A DNA stretch of 64,000 nucleotides from an uncultured Nitrososphaeria archaeon (GCA_964437705.1 CAYTHX010000002.1:16916-80915); one strand, 5' to 3'; shown: positions 52,210-61,207, counted from the first letter of the stretch. Numbers and translations: made by a program. Notes: a model not told the origin generated them from the letters alone.

Positions 52210-55052
52210 TGATGACAACAAGTGCCGGGGGTACTCTACATCCCTATATTAAGAAACTTATAGATGAAATTGGATTTAAAACCCTTACTGAGCCTCAAAA
52301 ACGTGCAATTCCTTTGATACTCTCTGGAAAAAATGTACTAATAATTGCGCCTACTGGTAGCGGAAAGACCGAGGCAGCTTTAATACCTATTTTTAGTCAG
52401 TTGATAAGTGGTAATTATAAACCGATTGCTGTGGTCTACATTACACCTCTAAGAGCATTGAATCGAGATTTAATTGACCGTATAAATTGGTGGGCTTCTA
52501 GACTAGATATTGAAGTAGCAGTAAGACATGGAGATACAGTTAAAAAGGAAAGAAGAAGACATGCACTTAAACCGCCCGAAATTATGATCACTACCCCAGA
52601 GACATTCGCCATGCTACTTAATACGAAAATTATGAGTAAGCATCTATCTAATGTAAAGTGGGTTATAGTTGATGAGGTACATGAGTTAGTGGATAGTAAG
52701 AGAGGAGCTCAGTTATCGATTGCTTTAGAAAAGCTTAGGGAGATGACTAATGATTTTCAGATAATTGGCCTGTCAGCAACTGTAGGTTCTCCGGAAATTG
52801 TAGGCAAGTTTCTAGTTGGTGCTAATAGAGAAATGGAAATTATAAATATTGATGTTACAAAGAGAATGAGATTTCAAATATTGTACCCTACTCCAACTGA
52901 TGAGGATTATAGGTTAGCTGATGAACTATATACATATCCAGCTGTCGCTGCTAGAATACGAGCAATTATAAATCTAGTTAATAAACATAGAGCAACATTG
53001 ATATTTACAAATACTAGACCCATGGCTGAGATACTATCAAGTAGAATTTTACTGTTAGATGAGAATTTTCCTGTAAGTATTCATCATGGTAGCTTATCAG
53101 CAAATGTTCGAATGAGAATAGAGCGTATGCTTAAGGATAGTAGAATTAAGGGGGTTGTATGTACATCATCACTAGAATTAGGGATCGACATTGGAAATAT
53201 AGATCTAGTTATTCAATACAACTCCCCTAGACAAGTAACTAGACTCATTCAGAGAGCTGGTAGAAGTGGCCACTGGATAGAAAGAGAGTCTAAGGGCGTA
53301 ATTATCGTTCAAGATTCAGATGATGCTCTTGAGTCAATTGCTATAGTTGAGTATGCTAAAAGAAATATTCTGGAAAAACCGATAGTTCCGAGTAAACCTT
53401 TAGATGTACTGTCGCATGAAATTGCTGGATATCTTATAGCTAACAGAGTAGTAAGTGCCAAGAAAATTTATGATGTAATACAGAGGAGCTATGTTTATAG
53501 AGACCTCACTTATGATGAGTATAAGAGACTACTCGATTTTCTAAGTAATTTGGTCGACCGATATATAATTTATGATGAGTCTTCTGATCTGATATATCGT
53601 GGGAGAATAAGGAGATTATTTGAGTATTATTTTGAAAACTTGTCGATGATTCCTGAGATTAAGCAATATTTAGTAGTTAATGAAGAGGATGGATCACCTA
53701 TAGGGATACTTGATGGAGAGTTTGTAGCGGAGTACGGTGAACCAGGATTTAAATTTATTATGACTGGTAGACCATGGCGTATTGTACATGTTTATCGTGA
53801 TAGAGTTTATGTAAAGCCAGATGATGATCCGATAGGGGCGATTCCTTACTGGGTCGGGGAAGAAATTCCGGTGCCTTATCACATTGCACAAAGAGTTGGT
53901 GAGATAAAGCGTAAACTAGAAGAGTTAGTAAGGAATAGCGTGGATAATCCTGTCCGGGTACTTTCTAGCGAGTTAAATGTTACTCAAGATCTACTGCGTA
54001 AAGCGTTAGAACCTTACGTAGAGCAGCTAAATGCTTCTCTACCGATTCCAACAGATCGCCGGATAGTTATGGAGAAGTTTCAGGATAAGCTGATTATTCA
54101 TGTTCATGGTGGTACATTAATAAATAGAGCACTGGCCATCCTTATATCACAGTTAATTTTTGAGGAGTTTGGTGAATCAGTGTATTCTTCAAGCGATCCT
54201 TATAAGATTATAATATCTACTCAGACTGTTCAGCCTAATGACGTTGAAAGAATGCTTCTAGAGGTTACTTTGGATAATGCTGAGAAGCTCATAAGAGCTG
54301 GGATTGAAAATACGCCCTACTTTAGATGGAGATTAATACATGTTGCTCGTAAAATGGGGCTAATATCTAAGGACGTGACTTTAGATCCCACAAAAACTGA
54401 GCAACTAGTATTATCATTAAGGGGTACCCCAGCATATGATGAAGCATATAAGGAGAGTATAGAGAGAGATAGGGATATTAGGGGAGCATTAAATATTCTA
54501 AGGAGAATAATTAACGGTGAGCTTACTATCGAGGTTATACCGAATAAACTTAGCCCAACACCTCTTATGGAGCACTTCCTAAAGTATTCTAGTATAAAGT
54601 TAGAGCCAACTAGAGTTGATAAGTTAAAGATGCTAAAGATACTGAGTATACGAGTAAGGCTCTTAAATGAAGTTGTTACCCTAGCATGTTTATCATGCCT
54701 GAATTATATTGATGAAATGAGAGTTAGGGATCTTCCTGATGATATATTATGTCCTAATTGTGGATCGAGAAAAATTGGCGTCTCAAAGGAGCTTTTGGAT
54801 GATGTAATGAGAGTTATATCAATAGCTAAAGTAGGTGGAAGGAATGTAGAGGGAGATAGTATATGGAAGGAGCTCAATCAAACTTCAAAATTAATTGAAA
54901 AGTATGGTAAAGCGGCTGCTATAGTTATTTCTTCGGGATTACCAATAAATAAGGCTAAGGATATACTATCTAGGGAGGGCAGAGTTTCTGGTAGATTATT
55001 TAGGCTTATTCTTGAGGCCGAGAAGAAAAGTCTTCTCGAGAAGTACCAATAA
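52209..55052 (+). CDS. lhr: Lhr-like large ATP-dependent helicase (SF2, DEVH box)
   Basis: APTGSGKTEAAL, ITPLRALNRD, DEVHEL and QRAGRSGH motifs. The C-terminal region has a 4-Cys zinc site (CLSC...CPNC). 947 aa. Confidence 0.8.
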   Translation: MMTTSAGGTLHPYIKKLIDEIGFKTLTEPQKRAIPLILSGKNVLIIAPTGSGKTEAALIPIFSQLISGNYKPIAVVYITPLRALNRDLIDRINWWASRLDIEVAVRHGDTVKKERRRHALKPPEIMITTPETFAMLLNTKIMSKHLSNVKWVIVDEVHELVDSKRGAQLSIALEKLREMTNDFQIIGLSATVGSPEIVGKFLVGANREMEIINIDVTKRMRFQILYPTPTDEDYRLADELYTYPAVAARIRAIINLVNKHRATLIFTNTRPMAEILSSRILLLDENFPVSIHHGSLSANVRMRIERMLKDSRIKGVVCTSSLELGIDIGNIDLVIQYNSPRQVTRLIQRAGRSGHWIERESKGVIIVQDSDDALESIAIVEYAKRNILEKPIVPSKPLDVLSHEIAGYLIANRVVSAKKIYDVIQRSYVYRDLTYDEYKRLLDFLSNLVDRYIIYDESSDLIYRGRIRRLFEYYFENLSMIPEIKQYLVVNEEDGSPIGILDGEFVAEYGEPGFKFIMTGRPWRIVHVYRDRVYVKPDDDPIGAIPYWVGEEIPVPYHIAQRVGEIKRKLEELVRNSVDNPVRVLSSELNVTQDLLRKALEPYVEQLNASLPIPTDRRIVMEKFQDKLIIHVHGGTLINRALAILISQLIFEEFGESVYSSSDPYKIIISTQTVQPNDVERMLLEVTLDNAEKLIRAGIENTPYFRWRLIHVARKMGLISKDVTLDPTKTEQLVLSLRGTPAYDEAYKESIERDRDIRGALNILRRIINGELTIEVIPNKLSPTPLMEHFLKYSSIKLEPTRVDKLKMLKILSIRVRLLNEVVTLACLSCLNYIDEMRVRDLPDDILCPNCGSRKIGVSKELLDDVMRVISIAKVGGRNVEGDSIWKELNQTSKLIEKYGKAAAIVISSGLPINKAKDILSREGRVSGRLFRLILEAEKKSLLEKYQ

Positions 55053-55551
55053 CTCTCTCTGCTCCAATAAATAGCCTAACAAGCCTCTCTAAATTAAATT
55101 CAATCTTACTTCTTAAGCCGATTTTTAGTGAATCATCTTCCCTCTCAAGATAACCTAGTCTAATAAATTTCTCTATAGCTCTCTCAACTCTCCATCTAGC
55201 AATTTTATTAGAAATTATATCAATAAGATCTTTCTCTGCAGCTTTCCCACCTCTTGAGAGAATATAGCTTAGTGATACAGCTAAAACCGCCATCTCATCT
55301 ATACGCCATCCATAAGTTTTAATTTCACGTGTTAACTTTTCATCCTTAACTACAACAGCGTAATGCTTTGTATCACCTTCCTCAATACATTTAATTTGTA
55401 AACCTAGTGGCTCAAGATCCTCCTCTAAAACCTTAAGTATCTCCTCATAATGCTCACCCAAATATTTTCTCAGCTCCCACTCCTTAGCCCCAGGATATTT
55501 ATGTCTCTTAAAGAGAAGTAATGCTGCAGCCTTCTTTAGCTTATCCTTCAA
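55006..55551 (-). CDS. ScpB-like (kite) winged-helix protein
   Basis: N-terminal AALLLF, like the ScpB EALLF motif. Two predicted winged-helix halves. Overlaps the scpA-like stop. Confidence 0.5.
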   Translation of the reverse strand: MKDKLKKAAALLLFKRHKYPGAKEWELRKYLGEHYEEILKVLEEDLEPLGLQIKCIEEGDTKHYAVVVKDEKLTREIKTYGWRIDEMAVLAVSLSYILSRGGKAAEKDLIDIISNKIARWRVERAIEKFIRLGYLEREDDSLKIGLRSKIEFNLERLVRLFIGAERVIGTSREDFSSRPQE

Positions 55552-56278
55552 CTTTACTCCTCCTCACCCAAGTAGCTACTGATTGTAAGTTCTCGACCAC
55601 AATATTTTCAACAGGCTTTACATAAATTTTATCCTCAAAACGCCTATACATCATTACAACCCTTCCCTCAGTTATTAAAAAACTAAGCAGATACGCTCTT
55701 TCAACTGGGTTACCCTTACTATTAATAAAGTTGTAGTAATCAACCCACTTACCCTTAGAGGTAAAAATCAATTCCTGATATAACTCATCGAGTTTCTCAT
55801 GAATATTTAATGGAATAATGAAATCTCTTGTTAACTCAGCCTTAGGTAGTTCATAAACTATATGTTTAATTTTTCTTTCATCAATTGGTTTAAGCTTGTT
55901 AAAATAATCTAGAGCATACTCTATCAAAATATTATCAGATACCTCTATCTCGACGACTGGAGTCCAAACTGACCTCAGAATTTCGGCGATTGCTTCGATC
56001 GATAACTGTTGAGTTCTTAGCTCAACTAATATTGGCTCTATATACAACCCTAGGCCTCTTGATTTTAATAACTCATATTGGCAAGATAAGATTATCGTTA
56101 AGCCGTATAAAGCTCTTATATCTTTAATTATGTCGTCTAAACTCTTTAGCTTCTTAAATAAGCTACTTATCGAATCTAAATACTTACTTATATCCACATC
56201 TAAAGGGTCAACTTTACCTTCCAATACCTTAATAGATAAATCGATTAACCTCTCATAAAGCTGATTATTCTTCAACAT
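55541..56278 (-). CDS. ScpA-like kleisin
   Basis: N-terminal VDPLDVDISKYL, like the ScpA PLDLLL...IDI motif, with a C-terminal winged-helix-like end. Overlaps the SMC-like stop. Confidence 0.55.
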   Translation of the reverse strand: MLKNNQLYERLIDLSIKVLEGKVDPLDVDISKYLDSISSLFKKLKSLDDIIKDIRALYGLTIILSCQYELLKSRGLGLYIEPILVELRTQQLSIEAIAEILRSVWTPVVEIEVSDNILIEYALDYFNKLKPIDERKIKHIVYELPKAELTRDFIIPLNIHEKLDELYQELIFTSKGKWVDYYNFINSKGNPVERAYLLSFLITEGRVVMMYRRFEDKIYVKPVENIVVENLQSVATWVRRSKVEG

Positions 56279-58079
56279 CCACAGCCTCCTCTAGTCTATA
56301 AGCCGTTGAGTACTCCCCAGTTTTTTGAACGACTATAATATTAACATCCTCGACATTTCCAGATATGTATCCAGGCGTTATTACTATATATTGTTCATCT
56401 CTATCCTTCATTATGTTAATTAGGTAATTCATAATTACTTCTCTATTTCTTGGGTCCATATGGACATCGAATTCATCGACGGCTCTTAATGGTGATTTTA
56501 TGAAACTTTGTAGGGCTATTAGAAAGAGCATTATCGCTGTTGTTCTTTCTCCACCACTTTGAGTGTATGCATCCAAGACTTTTTCTTCGCCGCCTCTGAA
56601 ACCAACCACTAACTCTAAGCCAGCATTATCTATGTCGTCTATGTTTATTATCCGGGCATATCCCCTAGCTCCAATTCCAGTTAGCAATTTTGAGTATTCT
56701 TCTGAAACCTTTGATATAATGGATATTATGTTTTTACGCCATATTTCTATTCTTTTCTCTAGTTCCCTCTCAGCCTTAATTCTATTTGCTTTAGCTTCTT
56801 CAACCTTTCTTTTTAGGTCTGTATATAAGCCACGGTAGTACTTATACGTCTCCTCAATGCTATCATCAACATCCTTATAAACCTTAAGTAAAGCATCTAC
56901 TTCCCTAATTTCAGATATAATTTCAGTAGGCTTCCTCTTAGTTTGTATTTCCGCCCCAGATGCCTTCGCGTCTGCCAAAGATTTCGTAAGCTCTCTATCT
57001 AATCGTTTTAGCTCAATCTCTAATCTCCTAATTTCAGCTTCTAACTGTGTAGATTTATAGTTTAAGACACCTTCACTAATCTTACACTGAACATACTCCT
57101 TATATTTACCCTTAAGGACATCAATTGTTTTTTCAAGAGACCTTCTAGTTCTTACCAGGTGAGACTCATCTAGAACCTCCCTACCCAATTCATATGCTAA
57201 ATGCGTAGCCTCCTCCAATAAGCTGCGCATTCTGATATATAAGTTATTTATTTCCTCCTCAATATTCCTAGCTTTAACTTTATAACTATCACGCTCTCTA
57301 ATAACATCCTCAAGCTCCTCTTTTAATGAATATAGTTGACTATTTAATTTATCATACTCATCCTTTAACCTAAAATATTTACTCCAATATAGTTCCCTTA
57401 CTAAGTACTCCCTTCTAGCAATTAATTCTCTTTTTCTCAATAATCTCTCATACTCTCTCTTATATTTAGATAACATGCCCTCAGTTTCATCAAGTAACTT
57501 GCTAATCTCCTCTTCGTCCTTTAGCGCTTTCTTCAACTGTTCCCTAGACTTAATAATTTTCTCTCTATACTCTTTTAATCCTACAGCCTCCTCAAACATT
57601 TCCAGTTTTAACTTAGGGTCAACTAAACCAAATGCTTCAACCATATTTTGATGCATTATAATTAGTGGATTATCAGGATTAAGCCCAACATTTCGGAGCA
57701 TAACTTGAACTTCAGCTTTTGTTATACTTTTATGATTAATTTGGAAAATATACTGACCGTCCCTACGCAAAATTCTAGTTAAAACTATTTCATCTTTATT
57801 TATATATGGAATAGGCCTTTTCCCATCCCTAATCGAATTATCAATTCTAATTGTAACCCTACCGTACTCTTCACCCCATCTTATTAATTCACCTAACTTT
57901 CTAGATCTCTCAGTATATGTTTGGCCAAGAGCCACTGATAATGCAAGTAATATACTCGATTTTCCAGCGCCATTAGGTCCAATTATTAAGTTTAGACCTG
58001 GCGAAAATGGTATCCTAGCATATTTATACGACATAAAATTTTCGATTATTAACTCCTTTATGAAACACTTCTTAGTCAT
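56265..58079 (-). CDS. SMC-like ABC ATPase without hinge (short coiled coil)
   Basis: Walker A GPNGAGKSS, about 350 aa of heptad-rich coiled coil, signature QSGGERT, Walker B AVDEFDVHMD, and an H-loop. There is no CxxC zinc hook. Confidence 0.7.
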   Translation of the reverse strand: MTKKCFIKELIIENFMSYKYARIPFSPGLNLIIGPNGAGKSSILLALSVALGQTYTERSRKLGELIRWGEEYGRVTIRIDNSIRDGKRPIPYINKDEIVLTRILRRDGQYIFQINHKSITKAEVQVMLRNVGLNPDNPLIIMHQNMVEAFGLVDPKLKLEMFEEAVGLKEYREKIIKSREQLKKALKDEEEISKLLDETEGMLSKYKREYERLLRKRELIARREYLVRELYWSKYFRLKDEYDKLNSQLYSLKEELEDVIRERDSYKVKARNIEEEINNLYIRMRSLLEEATHLAYELGREVLDESHLVRTRRSLEKTIDVLKGKYKEYVQCKISEGVLNYKSTQLEAEIRRLEIELKRLDRELTKSLADAKASGAEIQTKRKPTEIISEIREVDALLKVYKDVDDSIEETYKYYRGLYTDLKRKVEEAKANRIKAERELEKRIEIWRKNIISIISKVSEEYSKLLTGIGARGYARIINIDDIDNAGLELVVGFRGGEEKVLDAYTQSGGERTTAIMLFLIALQSFIKSPLRAVDEFDVHMDPRNREVIMNYLINIMKDRDEQYIVITPGYISGNVEDVNIIVVQKTGEYSTAYRLEEAVDVEE

Positions 58080-58175
58080 TTTACTACCAAGTTCTCTAGA
58101 TACTATAATTATTATTTAAGTTATTTGTATTCGGTTCATAATCTAGTAGTCTACAACTCAGTTAATTATTATCAG

Positions 58176-59069
58176 TTACGTAGTTAGTTCAGGCAAATTG
58201 CTCGCTTCACTTTCATATAACTCTTTTCTATGTGCTTCCAATAGAAGAGGGCTTAATCCCATAAATTCTGCTGCAGTACCAACCCAAATCCTCCTTACCT
58301 TAGCAGCTTCATACACATCGATAACCCAACTTAACCAATTTGCATCGCGAAGTAAATGATGGTCAATTATAAAAACCCTTAGGTTTGTTAAATCATTTAA
58401 TGATGTCAAGTGTGCAAGAGATTTATTTAACTCTTCCTCGGGATACCTGCTTCCCAGTAGATAGGTCATAGGTCCATCTATATATATTACATTAGGATTC
58501 ATCTCATACATAAACTCGACTTGTTCTTTTAAAGGTGGACCTTCAACATCACTTGTAAACAAGAAAGAATGTTTACCATCGTAAACATATACTTCTAAAA
58601 CATATCCTAATTTTGTATTAATCCCGTGTGGGACAGGCTTAGAGAACTTTATAACAGTATCTTCAAATTTAAACTCTTTACTATCTGCGATCTCAATTCT
58701 ATCTGCATAATTCTCTATTTGTTTGATAAAGTATAATCCCCTTCTACTCTGATTATAATTTATATTTTCCATTGGATCTTTCAATAACACAACTTTGTCT
58801 TTATATATAACGTCGGTATACCGCTTAGGATTATGATGATCATAATGATAATGAGTAACAATAATAACATCACTTCTCTCCGCGTAGTATACAATACGTT
58901 TCCAGTCCTCCTCCAACTTCTCTAGCTCTACTGGGTGGGGAGGTAAACCAAATCTTCTAGGTGCTAATGCCACACCTGGATCAATAAGGATATTAACATC
59001 TTTAGTTTCTACGTAGGTAGCCATACTACGCGTTCCAAATGATTCTCCAGTAATAAAGGTTAGCCTCAA
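58176..59069 (-). CDS. metallo-beta-lactamase-fold hydrolase
   Basis: HYHYDHH (HxHxDH) motif. The gene lies 96 nt upstream of, and co-directional with, the SMC-like gene. Confidence 0.7.
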   Translation of the reverse strand: MRLTFITGESFGTRSMATYVETKDVNILIDPGVALAPRRFGLPPHPVELEKLEEDWKRIVYYAERSDVIIVTHYHYDHHNPKRYTDVIYKDKVVLLKDPMENINYNQSRRGLYFIKQIENYADRIEIADSKEFKFEDTVIKFSKPVPHGINTKLGYVLEVYVYDGKHSFLFTSDVEGPPLKEQVEFMYEMNPNVIYIDGPMTYLLGSRYPEEELNKSLAHLTSLNDLTNLRVFIIDHHLLRDANWLSWVIDVYEAAKVRRIWVGTAAEFMGLSPLLLEAHRKELYESEASNLPELTT

Positions 59070-59134
59070 TACTAATAATACAAATTACTAACTGAAGAAA
59101 TATTTATTTGTTCCTGCCAATTCACACCCACTGA

Positions 59135-59689
59135 TCATGGGATCTCATACTTCCTTAAGCTATTTTTATCTATTGTAATAAAATGACCCTCCGAGATATA
59201 GAGAATAGGCCTATAGTTTTCAACTTCCCAATGTGTAGTATACAGATTATCATCTTTAACATAAGCATCTACGACATCACCTATAAATAAGTCATGATCA
59301 CCAGTTTTAACCACATTTATAACTTTACACTCAACTACACCCAGCGCTTCCTTAACAACTACTATATTTAATTTTCTAGCCCTAGTTGGAGTTAACTTAA
59401 CAACTTTAAATTTATCATCATAATCCTTTCCAGATAAAGTACCAGCTAAATATACATTTTCAACGTACTTAAAGTCCATTATATTTATAGCAAACTCTCT
59501 ACTAGACTTTACAATACTATACGTAAACCTCTCTGGAGAAATAGCTACAGCGACCCTTGAAGGTACATACGATACAGGCATCACCCAAGCAGCAGTCATA
59601 ACAGCATTCTTACCATTAAAACTAGATGTTACTAAAACAGTTAATCCTGGCTGTATAAGTCTAATCTGATCAATCGTTATTGACTTCAT
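59135..59689 (-). CDS. flavin-reductase-like FMN-binding split-barrel protein
   Basis: 184 aa with a weak resemblance to the flavin reductase-like domain. Confidence 0.35.
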   Translation of the reverse strand: MKSITIDQIRLIQPGLTVLVTSSFNGKNAVMTAAWVMPVSYVPSRVAVAISPERFTYSIVKSSREFAINIMDFKYVENVYLAGTLSGKDYDDKFKVVKLTPTRARKLNIVVVKEALGVVECKVINVVKTGDHDLFIGDVVDAYVKDDNLYTTHWEVENYRPILYISEGHFITIDKNSLRKYEIP

Positions 59690-59867
59690 AGCTTACTCAA
59701 AACCAAATAAATACTGATGACAAAAAAAATAAAGATTACTTAATGGAAATTCGGATAATTCAAAGCAACATATCAATCCACCCCAATAAACTTGCTATAC
59801 TATAACAACCTCTCTTTATGTAACTTTTCCCTCTTTATCACTACTTTTACTTAATAATTCCTTTTTG

Positions 59868-59940
59868 TGGGTTTTTATAAAGGATTTAGGGACGCAAAGT
59901 TTATGTCTGAGGGACGCTGTCCAGAGGGTTTATAAAGCTA
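59868..59940 (+). promoter_or_regulatory. two TTTATAAA TATA-box-like elements
   Basis: tttttataaagg (59871-59882) and gtttataaagc (59927-59937), each preceded by G-rich BRE-like sequence, upstream of the GC-rich structured island. Confidence 0.3.
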
Positions 59941-60027
59941 ATATTTTATGGATGAGTCTGCCTAACCTCTGCTGGGCGTGGCGAGGAAATCGCGTAGTCA
60001 CGCTCAGTATGTTAGGTAGATGATTTT

Positions 60028-60223
60028 GCCCCTCATGTTGATCAGGTGGTCACGTGAGGGGAACTCACCCAGCCCCTCATAATCAGGTGGTTATGAGAGG
60101 TTTGGGTGGGGGGTTGGTTGGGGGATATAGCCCTTTGGGATGAAGCCTACATCAATCAGGCGGTTGATGTAGGTAGACTCACCCTACGCCCCTACAATCA
60201 GGTGGTTGCAGAGGCGTAGGGCG
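60028..60223 (+). repeat. four tandem imperfect hairpin repeats sharing the loop AATCAGG(T/C)GGTT
   Basis: Hairpins at 60028-60061, 60073-60100, 60146-60173 (perfect 10-bp stem CCTACATCAA/TTGATGTAGG) and 60187-60223. The linkers ACTCACCC (60063, 60177) and GGGTGGGG (60104) could pair with each other. Confidence 0.6.
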
Positions 60224-60375
60224 GGAGTCAACATACAGAGTACAAGGAGCAGAGTGTTAAAGTACAGAGTGTAGGAGTATGTGTCCCCCTCTCCAGACTA
60301 GATTTTGGGGGTAAAACCCCACCCTCCCAAAACTACGAGGGAGTGGGAGGGTAATTTCGGTCTGAGGGGAGAGGT

Positions 60376-60954
60376 ATGAGAAAAGCTCGAACAATTGAGG
60401 AATATCAGAAAGCACTAGAACTCCTCTATAAGTATAAATATAGTATACGGAAAGTGGCAAGAGAATTAAATATCCCGAGAACAACAATTCAACGTTGGCT
60501 CAAAGGTTCCAAACCAATACTATCATGGACACCAAAGCCAACACCAGAATTAGCATATGTAATTGGTGTATTGATGGGAGATGGACATTTACATCTACGT
60601 AAGAAAAACCACTATAGTATTGAACTAGAAGTTAAAGATTTAGCGTTTGCCTGTGAATTTAGTAGAACATTAGCAAAAGTACTCAATAAGCCATTTAGAA
60701 AACCATATTGGAGAAAAGATAGACATAGATGGACAGTATACTACTACTCGAAAGCATTCTACATATGGTTTAAGGAGCAAACCCTGAAAACATTAAAGAA
60801 GTATATAGAGCACGATAAAGAAACTGTTGGAGCATTCCTAAGAGGAATCTATGACTCAGAAGGAAGTAACTGGAGATGCAAAAGGATATCGGTATACAAT
60901 ACTAGTTTAATGCTTCTAAGGTATATCCAGTACCTATTAAATAAGGTATTTTAA
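60376..60954 (+). CDS. HTH + LAGLIDADG homing-endonuclease-like protein (I-DmoI-like), apparently truncated by a frameshift
   Basis: N-terminal HTH (RKVARELNIPRTTIQRWLKG), a first LAGLIDADG motif (LAYVIGVLMGDGHL) and a second (FLRGIYDSEGS). Confidence 0.65.
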   Translation: MRKARTIEEYQKALELLYKYKYSIRKVARELNIPRTTIQRWLKGSKPILSWTPKPTPELAYVIGVLMGDGHLHLRKKNHYSIELEVKDLAFACEFSRTLAKVLNKPFRKPYWRKDRHRWTVYYYSKAFYIWFKEQTLKTLKKYIEHDKETVGAFLRGIYDSEGSNWRCKRISVYNTSLMLLRYIQYLLNKVF

Positions 60955-61156
60955 TATTATTGCAAGAGGCCCATATGTGACAACTAGAGCAGGACAAAAA
61001 CGTATATGGAAAAACACGGTGTTTACAACGAGAAAAAACTGCTATACAATAGTAATCCGCAGAGGATTCTTCGTATACAAATTCCTAAAGGAAATAGGAT
61101 TCAGTATACCAAGAAAACAGCTAGGACTAAAGAAAATTAGAGACCTCTTGGGATAA
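60941..61156 (+). pseudogene. displaced C-terminal segment of the LAGLIDADG gene in the +1 frame
   Basis: In the other frame the reading continues IRYFNIIARGPYVTT...YTIVIRRGFFVYKFLKEIGFSIPRKQLGLKKIRDLLG to the TAA at 61154-61156. The segment is collinear with the I-DmoI C-terminal subdomain. Confidence 0.45.
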
Positions 61157-61207
61157 CCCCCCACCAACCCCCTTTTTCTCACACAGAAACAAAAAAATTT
61201 TTAACCC

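Noticed and set aside
56265-58079. Could this be Rad50 of the Mre11-Rad50-HerA-NurA operon?
   Set aside because: There is no CxxC zinc hook in the coiled coil, and no Mre11, HerA or NurA genes nearby. The neighbours are kleisin/kite-like instead.
60028-60223. Could the repeated hairpins be a CRISPR array?
   Set aside because: The repeats are imperfect and of different lengths. They are separated by short conserved linkers, not by unique spacers of similar size. There is no leader and no cas genes in the window.
59960-60375. Could the structured island be RNase P RNA, SRP (7S) RNA or an rRNA fragment?
   Set aside because: I could not find the universally conserved RNase P CR-I/CR-II/CR-V sequences, the SRP helix-8 motif, or any rRNA-like conserved stretch. 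It remains unassigned.
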